Source: Dictyostelium discoideum
Lineage: Eukaryota
Reading direction: 5' to 3'
Length of the DNA: 64,000 nucleotides
Assembly (NCBI GenBank): GCA_000004695.1
Contig: CM000152.2
Coordinates: 1,920,001-1,984,000, forward strand
Within the stretch, counting starts at the first letter, position 1, and the number at the start of each line of letters is the position of its first letter. A program made the translations under genes and the position numbers. Below are positions 31,807 through 44,528 of this stretch, one piece after another. Below the pieces are notes generated by a model. That model was given only the letters and a program-made list of their open reading frames with translations. It was not told where the DNA came from and did no database searches.

Positions 31807-32334
31807 ATGAATAATACAATCAAAAGTATTAAAATTTTTAATGTTGAAGATTTAAATGGAAAAAAAACAGAATTAGTATGGGTGAATGGACAATTGGTGG
31901 AAAGTTCATCAAAGTCAACTTTATTAAAACTCATATCTGATAAAAAAAGATTTTCAAATAGTCAAAGCTATGAAGAAATCCTTTCAAAATCAAAAATTAT
32001 CTTTAAAGAATATGTTAAAAAAATGACAGATAATGGAAAAATTAAATTAAAAAATTTCAAATATGAAAATTGTAATTGCCAAATTTGTTTAAATGAACCA
32101 CCTATAATTATTAAAGATAAAGATCCTCCAAAAAGTGCATCAACTTGGATAGATTATATAAGAATGTATGATTTTTTCAAAATCAATAAAACAATTTTTT
32201 AATAAATAAATATATATTGCTACTAATATTTCCCTCTCTCTCTCCCAGATCAATGTTTTGTTTAAATAAACAACAAAAATTAAAGATTGATCAAAAAGAA
32301 CAACAATGTAGAAATAAAATAAAAGTAAATGAAA

Positions 32335-32397
<63 letters not shown>

Positions 32398-32957
32398 GTA
32401 ATGGTAATATAGGTGGATATATTGAAAATGGTAAAGAATATTTTATCAATACAAGAGATTTATATGAATATATGGAAGCACATAAAGGATTATTAGAAAT
32501 AACTCAATCATTTCAAACTTTTCAACCAAGGGATATTAGATTAGCTCTTTGTCAATGTTTAAGTTATAATTCAAATATATTTAAAAGTGGTAAAGATTAT
32601 TTAGGTGTTGGATTTTGGACTTTACATGATGTAGATGATGATCCTTGGTACGATATTGATATACCAGATGATATACCCACTCAACGTTTAGTAAATGGTA
32701 AATTAATGCCAATTTGTTTAGCTCAAACTCCAAAAGGTTATTGTCAAAAAGTTGGTACTTGTCCACATCATCAAAAATGGAATAAATCAATGGCTGAATC
32801 TGATAGTGAATCTGAAGATAATCATGAAAATAAAATAATTTTAAAAGGTAAAAATATAAAGAAAAATAAAGAACATGAACATGAAATAGAGGAAACAGAA
32901 GAACAAGATGAAGGAGAAGAAGCAGAAGAACAAGATGAAGGAGAAGAAGAGGGAGAA

Positions 32958-32988
<31 letters not shown>

Positions 32989-33986
32989 GGGAAGAAGAGG
33001 GAGAAGAAGAGGGAGAAGAAGGAGAAGAATTTTCACAACTAACAATTATAGAACAAGAAGATGAAGAAGAGTATGAAGAAGTAGGAGAAGAGGAAGAAGA
33101 GGTAGAAAATGATGAACAAGAAGAAAATGAAGGAGAGGGAAACAAAGAATATGTAGATAGTGATTATGGTGATGAAAATGTTCAAACATACAACCAAGAT
33201 GAAGAGTGCGAATACGAAAATGATAATGATGACGAACAGTATGAAAAAGAACATTATTATAACGATGATGGCGATGATGATGAAGAATATGAATATTTAG
33301 ATGATTATGATGATGATGATGATGATGATAAAAATGATGATGATAAAAATGATGATGATGATGATGATGATGAAGTAGTTGATTGTTATAGTAATAGAAA
33401 TTATGATAGGGAAGAAATAGGTTTTGATATGTATTCATTAGGTGGAAAATGTAAAAATTTAGAACCAACTAAAATAGAGAAAGAAATAATGCACTCTTTC
33501 TCATTTGCACCAATTTTAAAAAAAGTTTTGGAAGAATATACAAATGAAACTCAAAAAGAGATACCAACGGAATTACATTTATTACCAAGAGAATACACAA
33601 GATTTATGATTTTAAAATTCATAGATAACGATATGAAAGTTAAAGATATAACACTTGTTAGTTTACAATCACCAACTTTAATAACAAAATTTTGGTATCA
33701 TCATCTATCCTTCACTCAAATGTATAATCAATTTTGTAAATTACTAAAAACTAAAATTTATAGTTATCCCAATATCTATAATGATCCATTACCAATTCAA
33801 AGGAAAAGGTATCTTAGAACTTTGAAACTTTATAGACACTATTTCATCTCTAATAAATATAATAATAATGACTCTGTTTTTACATTCACTAAAAAATTAA
33901 AAAAAAACTCAATCCCAATTAATAATCTTGTTTCTCATCAAAATTTACCATCAATTATATGGCCATTAGATTTATTCACACCTTAA
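31807..33986 (+). CDS. Hypothetical protein with poly-Asn and a long acidic (EGEE)n block. Proposed exons 31807..32165 and 32249..33986.
   Basis: ORF1 ends ...WIDYIRMYDFF, but donor AT|GTATGA at 32166 and a polypyrimidine-rich acceptor (tccctctctctctcccAG at 32247-48) join it in frame (ATA=I) to SMFCLNKQQKLKIDQKE... The second ORF has no ATG before 32253 unless spliced. I recognise no domain. Confidence 0.45.
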
Positions 33987-34713
33987 ATAAATAAATAAAT
34001 AAATAAAAAATATAAATTATTAATAAAAAAAAACAATTGTATTATTATCATTATTTATTAATCTGAAAAGTGGAGAAATAAAAATAAAAATAAAAATAAA
34101 AATAAAATTAAATAAAATTAAAAAAATAAATGTATTTTTACATTCTATTTTTAAACTTTACACACACCCCTTTAACTTTTTTTTTTTTTTTTTCTCACAT
34201 ATTATTTTTAAATGTTAACCTATTTTTGTTTCACCCTTTTTTTTTGTCATTTGTTTTATTATTCTTTTTTTTTTTTTAATTTCAAACTGTTGTGAATGCA
34301 ACATTATTTTATTTTTTTTAACACTATTAGCTCCAAAATGCCATAAATCATCACACTTCAACAATTATTTTCGTACATGTCATTTCCAAAAATGACTAAA
34401 GTGAGAAATTCAACCACTCTCATTACAATTATTATAATTTTTTTTTTTTTTTTTATAATAATAAGATTTAATTTCGATTTAAATTTAATTTCACAAGCAA
34501 TAAAAAAAAAAGAATAAAAATAAATTTTATAAACAAAAAAAATAAAAAAAAAAAAAGTATAAAAAAAAATTATTTCAAACATTAATTATTAAAAAGATAA
34601 AATAAAAAAAAAAAAGTTAAGACCAACAACTTTTTTTTCTTTATTTTTTTTTTTTATTTTAAAAATTAATTTTTCCTATCTTATTATTAAAAAAAAACTC
34701 TGTTTAATTAAAA

Positions 34714-35838
34714 ATGGCAAGAACGGATAATGTTCAATTACCTTTGGAAAATACAAGTATTGAATTTGAAGAAGAGATTATTGATTCCCAAAATGACATA
34801 TCACAACAAAAAAATTATCAAGATTTTTTAAAAAATATTCCAACTGATTTAAATGAAAGAAAAGAGTATATTTCATCTTTGAAGAAATTAATCAAACTTG
34901 AAAAAAGAAATCATCAACAAATTCAGGGTGAGCAACCAAATCAACAAGAAGGTCTCAATAGTGATCGTCCACCACCAAACCATCATGGTGACCATCACCA
35001 TTCTCTACCTCCTCCAAATCATCATGGTGACCATCATCACCATTCTCAACCCCCACCAAATCATCATGGTGATCATCATCACCATTCTCCACCTCCACCA
35101 CACCATCATGGTGGTCATCACCATTGTCCACCACCACATCATGGTGGCCATCACCATTGTCCACCCCCTCCACCACACCATCATGGAGGCCATCATCACC
35201 ATTGTCCACCCCCACCACACCATCATGGAGGTCATCATCACCATTGTCCACCACCTCCACCACCACACCATCATAGTCATCATCACCATTGTCCACCACC
35301 TCCACCACCACATCATCATGGAGGCCATCATCACCATACTCCACCACATCCTCCACCACATCACCATGGAGGCCATCACCACCATTGTCCACCATCGCCA
35401 CACCATCATGGAGGCCATCATCACCATAGTCCACCACCTCCACCACCACATCACCATGGGGGCCATCATCACCATTGTCCACCTCCACCACATGATGGCA
35501 ATGAATATCTACCACAATCTCAAACTAATATTGAACAATGTATCTGTCGTTTAAATAGAAAGAAAGAATTATTAATTGCAAAGATTCAATCTATTGATTC
35601 AATAATTTACAATTTGGAATGTTTAAACAAACAAAATTACCAAAACAATTATTTACCATCAATTCAACTACAACCAACCCAACAACCACAACAACCACAA
35701 CAAACATCAATTAAACCACAACAAATGTGTCAACAATTTTTTATTCCCCAAACTCCAAATTTCCCCCAAATGAACAATTCTGCACCACTAATGTATGTCT
35801 CTCAAATTCCAGTCCAACAATCATTCAACAATAATTAA
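34714..35838 (+). CDS. His/Pro/Cys-rich tandem-repeat protein (about 15 units of PPPP-HHHGGHHHH-C) with a Q/N-rich C-terminal tail. Putative metal-binding protein.
   Basis: A single 374-aa ORF. The repeat block is 34970-35500. The first 3 units read PPNHHGDHHH(H)S, the later units CPPPP(P)HHHGGHHHH. The N-terminal 90 aa and C-terminal 110 aa are non-repetitive. Overlapping antisense and alternate-frame ORFs on the track are repeat artefacts. Confidence 0.6.
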   Translation: MARTDNVQLPLENTSIEFEEEIIDSQNDISQQKNYQDFLKNIPTDLNERKEYISSLKKLIKLEKRNHQQIQGEQPNQQEGLNSDRPPPNHHGDHHHSLPPPNHHGDHHHHSQPPPNHHGDHHHHSPPPPHHHGGHHHCPPPHHGGHHHCPPPPPHHHGGHHHHCPPPPHHHGGHHHHCPPPPPPHHHSHHHHCPPPPPPHHHGGHHHHTPPHPPPHHHGGHHHHCPPSPHHHGGHHHHSPPPPPPHHHGGHHHHCPPPPHDGNEYLPQSQTNIEQCICRLNRKKELLIAKIQSIDSIIYNLECLNKQNYQNNYLPSIQLQPTQQPQQPQQTSIKPQQMCQQFFIPQTPNFPQMNNSAPLMYVSQIPVQQSFNNN

Positions 35839-35943
35839 ATGTACACAATAATCTTAAATAAAATTATTATTTTTATTCTTTACATTTAAATAAAAAAAAG
35901 TGATTTGTGTAAATTCTTTTTTTTTTAAAAAAAATAATTTAAT

Positions 35944-36344
35944 TCAATCACAGACTGTGTAAATTGTTTGACATTGTTTTAAAACATTAACTGTCTCTTC
36001 TCCACATTTTTTCATTGAACATGAATTTTCACCAAAGTAAGGGTAATCATAAAATTCATTTGAAAAACTACATTTATTTGAAATGATACAAATATCTCTA
36101 ACTCTTTCAGCATATTTACATTCATTAGTGTTTTTCTTTTTTGGATGACAAGTATTTGTTACACCATTACAAATTCCATAATCACCACATCCATCTTCTG
36201 TACAATTTGTTGTGTTTGGAATTTCAATTTCAATACATTTTTTAAACTCTTGATAACTTTCATCTTCATTAAAAAATTCATTAAATGTTTGACACTATTT
36301 TAATGTTATTATAAATGAGTATTTAAATTAATATTTTTAATTTT

Positions 36345-36397
<53 letters not shown>

Positions 36398-37080
36398 ACA
36401 CCTAATCCTAAATCACATTCATTATTAGTACTACAAGAATCATTTATTTTTTTTGAATATCTTGAAAGACAAATTCCATCTTTTGAACAAACACCACCAA
36501 TAAAGCAATCGGAATCATATGAACAATTTCCTCCTAATGATGATAATTGTGTACATGATGAACTACAATTAGTAATATCGTCTTCACAATTGTTAAGATT
36601 ACATGCTTGTGTTCCTGGACATGTGAAATAACCTAAACAATTAATTTTATCATATTGTAAAGTTTCATTAAACCAAAATGTGCATTTTGAATTTATACAC
36701 TTAAGATTAAATTGACCCATTCCAAAACAATCAAAATCCGAATCACAATCTTCACCAAGTCCAGCATAATTTGCAGCCTTACAAGTATATGGAGAACCTA
36801 CTTCAAAATCCAATGGAAGACATTCAAGACCAATTTCACATGGACCCAAGTATTTCTCTTTACACTTTTCCCCAAGTTTTAATTTTGGTTTACAAACATA
36901 CTCTGATTGTTCATTATCATCATCAATTGGTAAACATGCTAAACCATAACCACATGAAATATCAATGCCATAAGATTGTACACATGGATGGCCTAATGAA
37001 AAACATTTGCTCTCATTAAAGCAATGTGAAGAATTTATTAATGAAACTATTACAAATATTAATGATAATATTAATTTCAT
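35944..37080 (-). CDS. Small secreted cysteine-rich protein. Exons 37080..36400 and 36294..35944.
   Basis: The signal peptide MKLILSLIFVIVSLINSSHC is followed by a 227-codon Cys-rich exon (about 40 Cys). Donor GLG|GTAAGT lies at 36399-98; the ORF track's poly-K tail is the intron poly-A. Acceptor ttaaaatAG at 36296-95 leads to CQTFNEFFNEDESYQEFKKCIEIEIPNTTNCTEDGCGDYGICNG...QTIYTVCD and a stop. Confidence 0.6.
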
Positions 37081-37559
37081 ATTTTTTTTAATTTTTTTTT
37101 ACTTTTATAATTATTAAATCTTATAAATATTTAATTTTAAATTGAAATAAAAAATAAATAAAAAAAATCCATATTTATATCTTTTTTTTCTAAATAATTT
37201 TAATTTTATTTAATTAAAATTTAATTTAATACATCTTTATTTTTAAAGAAAACAAGCAAAAAAATTTTTTTTTTTTTTTTTATTCATTTTTGTGTTTCCC
37301 ACATGGATAAGAATATTCCCAAAAATTAAAAAAAAAAAAAAAAATTCTTCTTAACAAGATTAAACCCAAATAAATGAGAATATATACCAAATAACAATTT
37401 CTTTTTTAATCATTTTTTGAAAAAATTTTTTGTTCTCTTAAAAAACTTTTTATCTTTTTTTTTTTTTTTTTTTTCCTTTCTGTTTTTTTTTTTTCTCTTA
37501 AAAAAACTTTTTATCATTTTTCTTTTTTTTTCCTTTCTGTTTTTTTTTTTATGAAATGA

Positions 37560-38694
37560 TCGAAATATATAAAATTAAGTTATAACTATGAAAATATTCC
37601 AGATATACAAATTACTAATGGTGAAAATGATGTTATTTTTAAATATGTTTTTAAAAATGGTAGGGACAAGAATAAACAACCTTCAAATTTATCTTTAGTT
37701 TGTTGGAATTGGTTTCAATTAAATTCAAAGCTATTCTATAAAATAGGAAAAATAAAAATTAAACAGAAAACATTTAATAATATTTTATTTTATCACGAAT
37801 ATCTTCCATATAATAGAAACATTAGAAACAAGACCACCTTTTACTCTCCAATCAAATCTCAATTTCAAGGAAAAAAAGAAGAAATTGATTCAACCAAATT
37901 TTCAAAATATAAATTATTAAATTTTAATTATGTTCAAAGTGTAAATTCATATCTACTTCCATTAGAATCAATATTTAAAACTTTTAAAAATATTAAACAA
38001 ATAAAATTATCACTATTCTTACTTCCAATTGAAATTGTATTAGATAGTATAAAAACAATTTTAAAATATCAAACAAAAAATGAACTTTCATTTTATTTAG
38101 AATATGAAACTAAAAAACTACCAGATTCAGTGGATTCATTAATTATGGAGGAATCCACTAGTAAAGAATTTTATTATTGTGATTATTTACTATTTAAAGC
38201 ACCAAACATTTATAAACAAAAAATGTTTAGACAATTGAAATTTATCGAGTTAATGAATCCAATAAAATTACATCTAAAATCATCACATCATTCTTTTACA
38301 AAAGAATTTTTCAATGGTTGCAATACATTGAAAAGCTTTATTTTTGGTGGTGATTTTTTGGAATTACAATCTTTAAATATGGCAATTGAATCATCAAGTT
38401 TAATAGAAACCATTAAAGCAAAGTTCTTATTTCATGATTTACATTATCATTTAGAAGATCCAACGTTTGTTAATGGAACTCAATTAGAACCACTATATCG
38501 ATTCATTTCCATGTAGTTACTATAAACCTGAAGTACCTTATGATTATTCATTTACAAACTATTTCAATCATTTTAAACGACTTTGTGAAAATCTTAAAAA
38601 TACTAAAACTTTAAAACATTTGAATTTAAATAATTATTGTTATAAACCAATTTCAAGATGTAAAATTAGATCCAAACCAAATAATAATAATAGA

Positions 38695-38763
<69 letters not shown>

Positions 38764-39219
38764 TTATGTAATTCAAATTTATATTCAAGTTTTTTTAATT
38801 CACTTGAATTAAATAGTTCATTAACAAAGTTAGTAATTTCAAATTGGAGTTTTGAAAATGAAACACCAGGATTAATAGATTCACTTTGTAATAATAAATC
38901 AATTATAAACCTATCACTAACTAATGGTGCATTAAGAGGTGATATAGATTTACCATTAGTTTCTAAATTATTAATATCATCAAGTACAAATAGAATTTTT
39001 ATATTAAATATATCATTTAATTATTTCACTGATATTGATAATTTAATTAAAATTATTAATGATTCAGAACCAAATTTAAATAGATTATTAATTTTAAAAA
39101 TTAATGGTTTTTGTCAATATTCAATGCTTGATAATTTAACAATAGTACGACCACAGGTTAAAACAAAAAATGATATCAATAAAACTTGTCAATTTGAATT
39201 AAAAATTGTCAAAAATTAA
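37560..39219 (+). pseudogene. LRR-like protein locus with a broken frame. Frame-0 ORF 37560..38516 lacks any ATG. A frame+1 ORF 38487..39219 overlaps it by 30 nt and contains leucine-rich repeats.
   Basis: Frame 0 is open for 319 codons after the TGA at 37557-59, with no ATG/TTG/GTG/CTG until 38130. Frame +1 opens at 38490 and runs through PCSYYKPEVPYDYSFTNYFNHFKRLCENLKNTKTLKHLNLNNYCYKP...LELNSSLTKLVISNWSF...INLSLTNGALRGDIDLPLVSKLLISS...ILNISFNYFTDIDNLIKII (LRR consensus LxxLxLxxN). No AT-rich intron-like sequence separates the two frames. Confidence 0.35.
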
Positions 39220-39524
39220 TTCAAATATTAAAAATAGAAATGTTAAAATAAGAAATTATGAACCCTTTGATTATATAGGTATTAAAAGATTTAAAATAAA
39301 AGAGTATTTTTAAAAAAAAAAAAAAAAAAAATTATAAATTATAATTTCTTTTATTTATTTATTTTATTTATTTATTTATTTTATTTATATACATATTTAT
39401 TTAATTTTAAGTATTTAAATTTTTTTTTTTTTTTTTTTTTTTCTTTGTTCTTTGTTCTTTTATCACACCAATAGTTCAATTATTTGTTGGAAGTTGTGAG
39501 TATATTACAAATATAATCACACAT

Positions 39525-39541
<17 letters not shown>

Positions 39542-39557
<16 letters not shown>

Positions 39558-40269
39558 AGTCATTTGAGATGGTAATGGAAGACCCAATTTTGTTGGCTCG
39601 AGTGATTTTGGATGAGCATGTTTTTTAATCCATGGATGGTTAATAACATCTTTTAATGTAATTCTTTGATGTGGATCTGATACAAGTAACTAAAAATTAT
39701 TTTGAAAGAAAAAAAAGAAAATTATATTAGTATCCTTTAAAATGAATAATTAATAATAAAAATTAAATTAAATTAAATACTCTTGAAATTAAATCTTTTG
39801 CTTCAGGTGATATTGAAGATGGATAATAAACATCATTCTCTTGTATATTGTGGAAAATATTTTTCTCTTCATCAGAGGTGAAAGGTGAACGACCAACTAA
39901 AAACTCAAATATGAGAATACCTAAACTCCAAACATCAGCTGTTTGATCATAACCTTTCTTTTCAATAACTTCTGGTGGTAAATATTCTAATGTACCACAA
40001 AATGTACTTCTCTTTGTATTTGGTGCATGAACTGACCATCCAAAATCTGCAATTTTAATTTCACCCTTTTAATAAATAAATAAATAAATAAAAAAAAATA
40101 AAAAAAATAAAAAATAAAAAGGTTAATAACTAAAATGTATATAAAAAAAAAAAAAAAAAAAGGAAAAACTTACACCAACACCAATTAAAAGATTTTCTGG
40201 TTTAATATCTCTATGAATAACATGTTTTGAATGACAATATCTCAAAGCATCTGCAATTTGTAATGTATA

Positions 40270-40302
<33 letters not shown>

Positions 40303-41164
40303 ATTAATATAAAATATTATGAATATTGTGGTAGTAGGTTATTTTTAAAATAGAAAATAGAAAATAAAAACAAAAAAAAAATATTAATACTTACAGTAGC
40401 AGCAGTTTGTTCATTAAAAGATCCGACTTTTTGTAACTCTTTAAAACATTCACCACCTTTGGCAAATTCAATAATTAAGAAAACTCTTTTATCATCATAA
40501 AAATATCCAAATAATCTTAAAATATTTGGATGTCTTTTTTTAGTAAAAAAAAAAAATTATTATTATTATTATTTTTATTATTAAAAAATTAAATTAGTAA
40601 ATTTGTTTTTATTTTTATTTTATTTTTATTTTTATTTTGAAAATATTTTCACTAAAATTTATATTACCTTAAATGAGATTGAATTTCAATTTCCCTTCTT
40701 AATTGATGCTCTATATTATGTGTTTGTAATTGATTTTTAAATAAAACTTTGAGTGCAACAATGAATTGACTCTTTTTCTCCCTTGCTAAATAAACGTGAC
40801 CAAATCTACCCATTCCTAATAATTTACCAATATCAAAATCATCAATACACCATTTTTTCTTTGGTACTGATTGAGATGATGAAGATGAAGATGAAGATGA
40901 GGATGAAGATGAAGATGAAGATGAAGATGAAGATGAAGATGAAGATGATGCTGTTGTTGTTGGTGGTATTGTTGAAGTATTAGTTGATGTAGTGGCCCCA
41001 GTTGTTGTTGGTTTTGTAATTGTTGATTTAACAGTCGATGTTGTTTGATGATTATTTATATTTGTATTTTGTTGTTGAAGTACTCTTTGTGGTTGTTTAC
41101 TTGGTACTGAGAATGAACCACCACCAATATTGTTACTATTTTCTTTATTATTTGGATAACTCAT
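39542..41164 (-). CDS. aurK: Aurora kinase (Ser/Thr protein kinase). Exons 41164..40668, 40533..40395, 40269..40174, 40065..39781, 39679..39542.
   Basis: [202 protein letters not shown]...[27 protein letters not shown] is near-identical to Aurora-A/B. All four introns have GTAAGT/GTAATA/GTATTT donors and (T)nAG acceptors, and exon phases are consistent. The N-terminus carries a 27-Ser tract. Confidence 0.85.
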
Positions 41165-41179
41165 TTCTTTAATTTAAAT

Positions 41180-41215
<36 letters not shown>

Positions 41216-41528
41216 AACCAAAAAAAAAAATAAAAAGTTTTAATTTTAATTTATTTTATTTATTTGTTATTATTGGATTATATTTTATTATTATATTGAA
41301 ATATTAAAAACAATAAAGAAAAAAAAAAAAAGAAAATTTGTTTTTTTTTTTTCACAAAAATTAAAAAAAAAAAAAAAAGTGGAAAAAAAGGAGCTTAACG
41401 ACAAATTAAGGCGCAAATTTTAAATTTTTCAAATTTTTAATTTAAAAACAAAAAAAAAAAAAAAATGGAAATAAAAAAATAAAAATAAAAATCTATTTTT
41501 AGAATTAAAAAAAAAATAAAGTTTTTTA

Positions 41529-41826
41529 TTAATCGGTTTTAAATTCACTCATAGTTTCTAAGAATTGTTTTCTTGAAGCTTCCAACATTGATTTTTTTCT
41601 TTGTTGTAAACTCGTATATCTTTCTTGTGATGTCGATTTAAATGAATCTGAAAACTTTTCCAATGGTTTAATTGGTAAAATTGAAGATTTATCTTCATTT
41701 TGATTATTATTATTATTATTATTATTATTATCATTATTATTATCACCATTATCATTATTATTATTATTAATATTATTATTGCTATCTACAGGTTCATCCA
41801 ATTTAGAATGATTACTTTTATCTTTA

Positions 41827-41892
<66 letters not shown>

Positions 41893-43225
41893 TTACTTCC
41901 ACTACTGCCACTTCCATCCATACTTTGATCTTTTTTGTTTGGATCTTTAAAGTGGGTTTGTTTTGAAGGAGACATAGCTTCGCCACTGTCAGTACCATTA
42001 GTACTATTACTGTAATCACTGCTATTATCATTGTTATCATTATTATTATTATTATTATTATTAACAACATTGTTGTTATTATTATTATTATTGTTATTAT
42101 TGCTATTATCTTGAGCTAAAGTTGAAGGTTCGACCAATCTACCCTCTAAAATGTTATCTATAGTTCTATTTACATTATTTGTTTGCAATAAATCATTTTG
42201 GATGGTTTGAGTTGAAATATTTTCAAATAAACCATGAATATAGTTTGCATTGTACACCAAATTATTATATTGTGATGCTGTTAATGATTGCCTTGATAAG
42301 GTTCTTGGTATACCATTTGAATATTCTGGTCCTGTTGGTGATGAGGAAGATGAAGATGGTGATGTAATTGATAATGGATCTATTGCTGTCGATGCTGATG
42401 TTGATCCTGTACCACCATTTATAGTTGTTGTTGTTGTTACCCCTGATGCTCCTGCTATTGTTGCTGTTGCTGTACCATTATTACCTAAATGATGTTGATG
42501 TTCATCAATTAATGATCTTCTACAAGTTGGACATGAGTGATGTTGTTCTAACCATGCTCTTAAACAAGAACTTTAAAAAATTAATAATAATAATAATAAT
42601 AAATAAAAAAATAAAAGAGAGAGTTAATTTCAAATAACATATATTTTTTCTTTTCTTTTTTTTCTTTCAAAAAAAAAAAAAAAAAAAAAAACACTATACA
42701 TACTGATGAAATATATGACCACATGGTAATTTTTTAGCGGTAACCATTCTATCTCTACAAATTGCACAATCATCATTATAATTCTCTAAATCTTTTTCAC
42801 CTACATTTGGATAACAATTATCCATATCTGAAGTTAATTTACAATAGTTTCTATATGCTGTAATCTTTCTATTTAAATTTCCAAACACCATCTTAAAGTA
42901 GAAAAACATTACAACATGTAATAAAGTTGGTGTAAACCCTTGAATAATAATAATATGAATTAAATGTGCTAAAAAAAAAATAAAAAATAAAAAATAAAAA
43001 ATAAAAAAATTAGTGAATTAAATTATAAAAGTATATAATAAAAATAAAAATAACAATAACATACCACAAGTTCCTGCTAAAATTACTGAATCTGTTGAAA
43101 ACTCTGTATAATAAATATATTGTCCTCTTTTATCCCAAACATCTTCTGATGATAAATCGAATAAATGAATTGAATATTTAATCAATGTTTGAACAGTTTC
43201 AAAAAATATTGTAAAACACTTTAAA

Positions 43226-43320
<95 letters not shown>

Positions 43321-44000
43321 TTAATAATAATAATAATAATAATAATAATTAAAGTTAGTAAAACAAAATGAAATTATAATAATTTTTAATTAATTAATTA
43401 ATATCAACTTACTTCAAAATTTAATAACATTAAATTTGATAGACCCTCACCAAAGAAATAAGTAATTGAGAAATAAAACCAAATTAAATCACTAATTAAA
43501 ATACCAACTAATAACATCAATAACTTTAAATGAATTTTTGCATGGGTATTTGGTAAAAATGTATTCAACTATAATAATATTATTATTATTATTTGATATT
43601 ATTATTATTATTATTTGATATTATTATTATTTATTTATTATTTATTATTTATTTTAAAATTTCAATAAAAATAAAGTAAATAATGGATTTTGTATTTTGT
43701 TTTTTTTTTTTTTTATTTTATTTTATTTTATAAAATTATGGTGATGAAAAGATTAAACAATATTAATATTAGATGTAAAAAATTATAATATATAAAGTCA
43801 TACCTGTTGTTGTTGTTTATTCCTAACACTTACATAATCAAATCTGTCTCTTGATAATAGGGAAAATAATTTTAAGCAACATAAAATTGAAAACCAAAAT
43901 CCCCAAACTAATAATGATCCTAATTCTGGTTCTTTAGCTGCAAATATAAAAATTAATTTTGAAACTACATATGTCCATAATCTATCATTAAAATTCTATT

Positions 44001-44032
<32 letters not shown>

Positions 44033-44457
44033 TTAAAAAAAAATTAAAAAAAAAAGGTATGGTGTTAATAATATAGAATGGTGAATATGTGTGTGTGTGT
44101 GTGTGTGCAATTTAAACTGTGATAAAAAATAAAAAAAGATAAAAAAAAGATAAAAAAAAAAAAAAAAAGATAAAAAAATAATAATATAAAACTTACTCTT
44201 GCTTCAATGTCTCTAAGTTGTCCAAAAAATAAGTATTGTATAAATTTACCAAAAACTATTAAAAGAGTGAAAATTGTATTGATTATTATAACTAAATTTA
44301 TATAATTATCAAAGAATAACTCTTTTATTCCAATTGGTTGCCTTAATTCACCCTGTATATTTTGAATATTTGTATTTACAATGATATTGGCAATGCATGC
44401 TGAAAATAACAACACGCTTAATGTGACATAAACCGGTATCGGTATATAAATATTCAT
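41529..44457 (-). CDS. hrd1: ERAD E3 ubiquitin ligase HRD1/synoviolin (RING-H2, multi-TM). Exons 44457..44197, 43995..43834, 43568..43413, 43218..43065, 42968..42704, 42570..41529.
   Basis: N-terminal TM region ...FGKFIQYLFFGQLRDIEAR matches HRD1 LGKVMGKVFFGQLRAAEMEH. DRFDY matches EDRVDFMERSP. The RING-H2 finger is split by an intron: CAICRDRMVTAKKLPCGHIFH|H|SCLRAWLEQHHSCPTCRRSL, against HRD1 [40 protein letters not shown]. Donors are GTAAGT (44196, 43833, 43412) and GTATGT (43064, 42703). Acceptors are all (T/A)nAG, and the phases check out. The C-terminal 300 aa are low-complexity N/S/T-rich. Intron 1 contains a (GT)10 microsatellite. Confidence 0.8.
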
Positions 44458-44493
44458 ATGGTCTTGATGATATTTACAAAAAATATATAGTTT

Positions 44494-44528
<35 letters not shown>

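Noticed and set aside
34898-35554. Three overlapping ORFs (34898..35554 +, 34955..35515 -, 35005..35493 -) inside the His-rich gene; likewise 10226..10790 (+ and - small ORFs) inside cactin, 32581..33468 antisense ORFs inside the acidic gene, and 41558..42070 ORFs antisense to hrd1
   Set aside because: These are alternate-frame or antisense readings of coding tandem repeats, which are open in all frames. The sense frame with non-repetitive flanks is the gene.
38130-38620. ORF-track 'M' starts at 38130, 38620, 11810, 27187, 32217, 6565, 31020, 42260
   Set aside because: The underlying codons are GTG/TTG/CTG, not ATG. The frames are open far upstream. These are exon-internal positions, so I did not treat them as translation starts.
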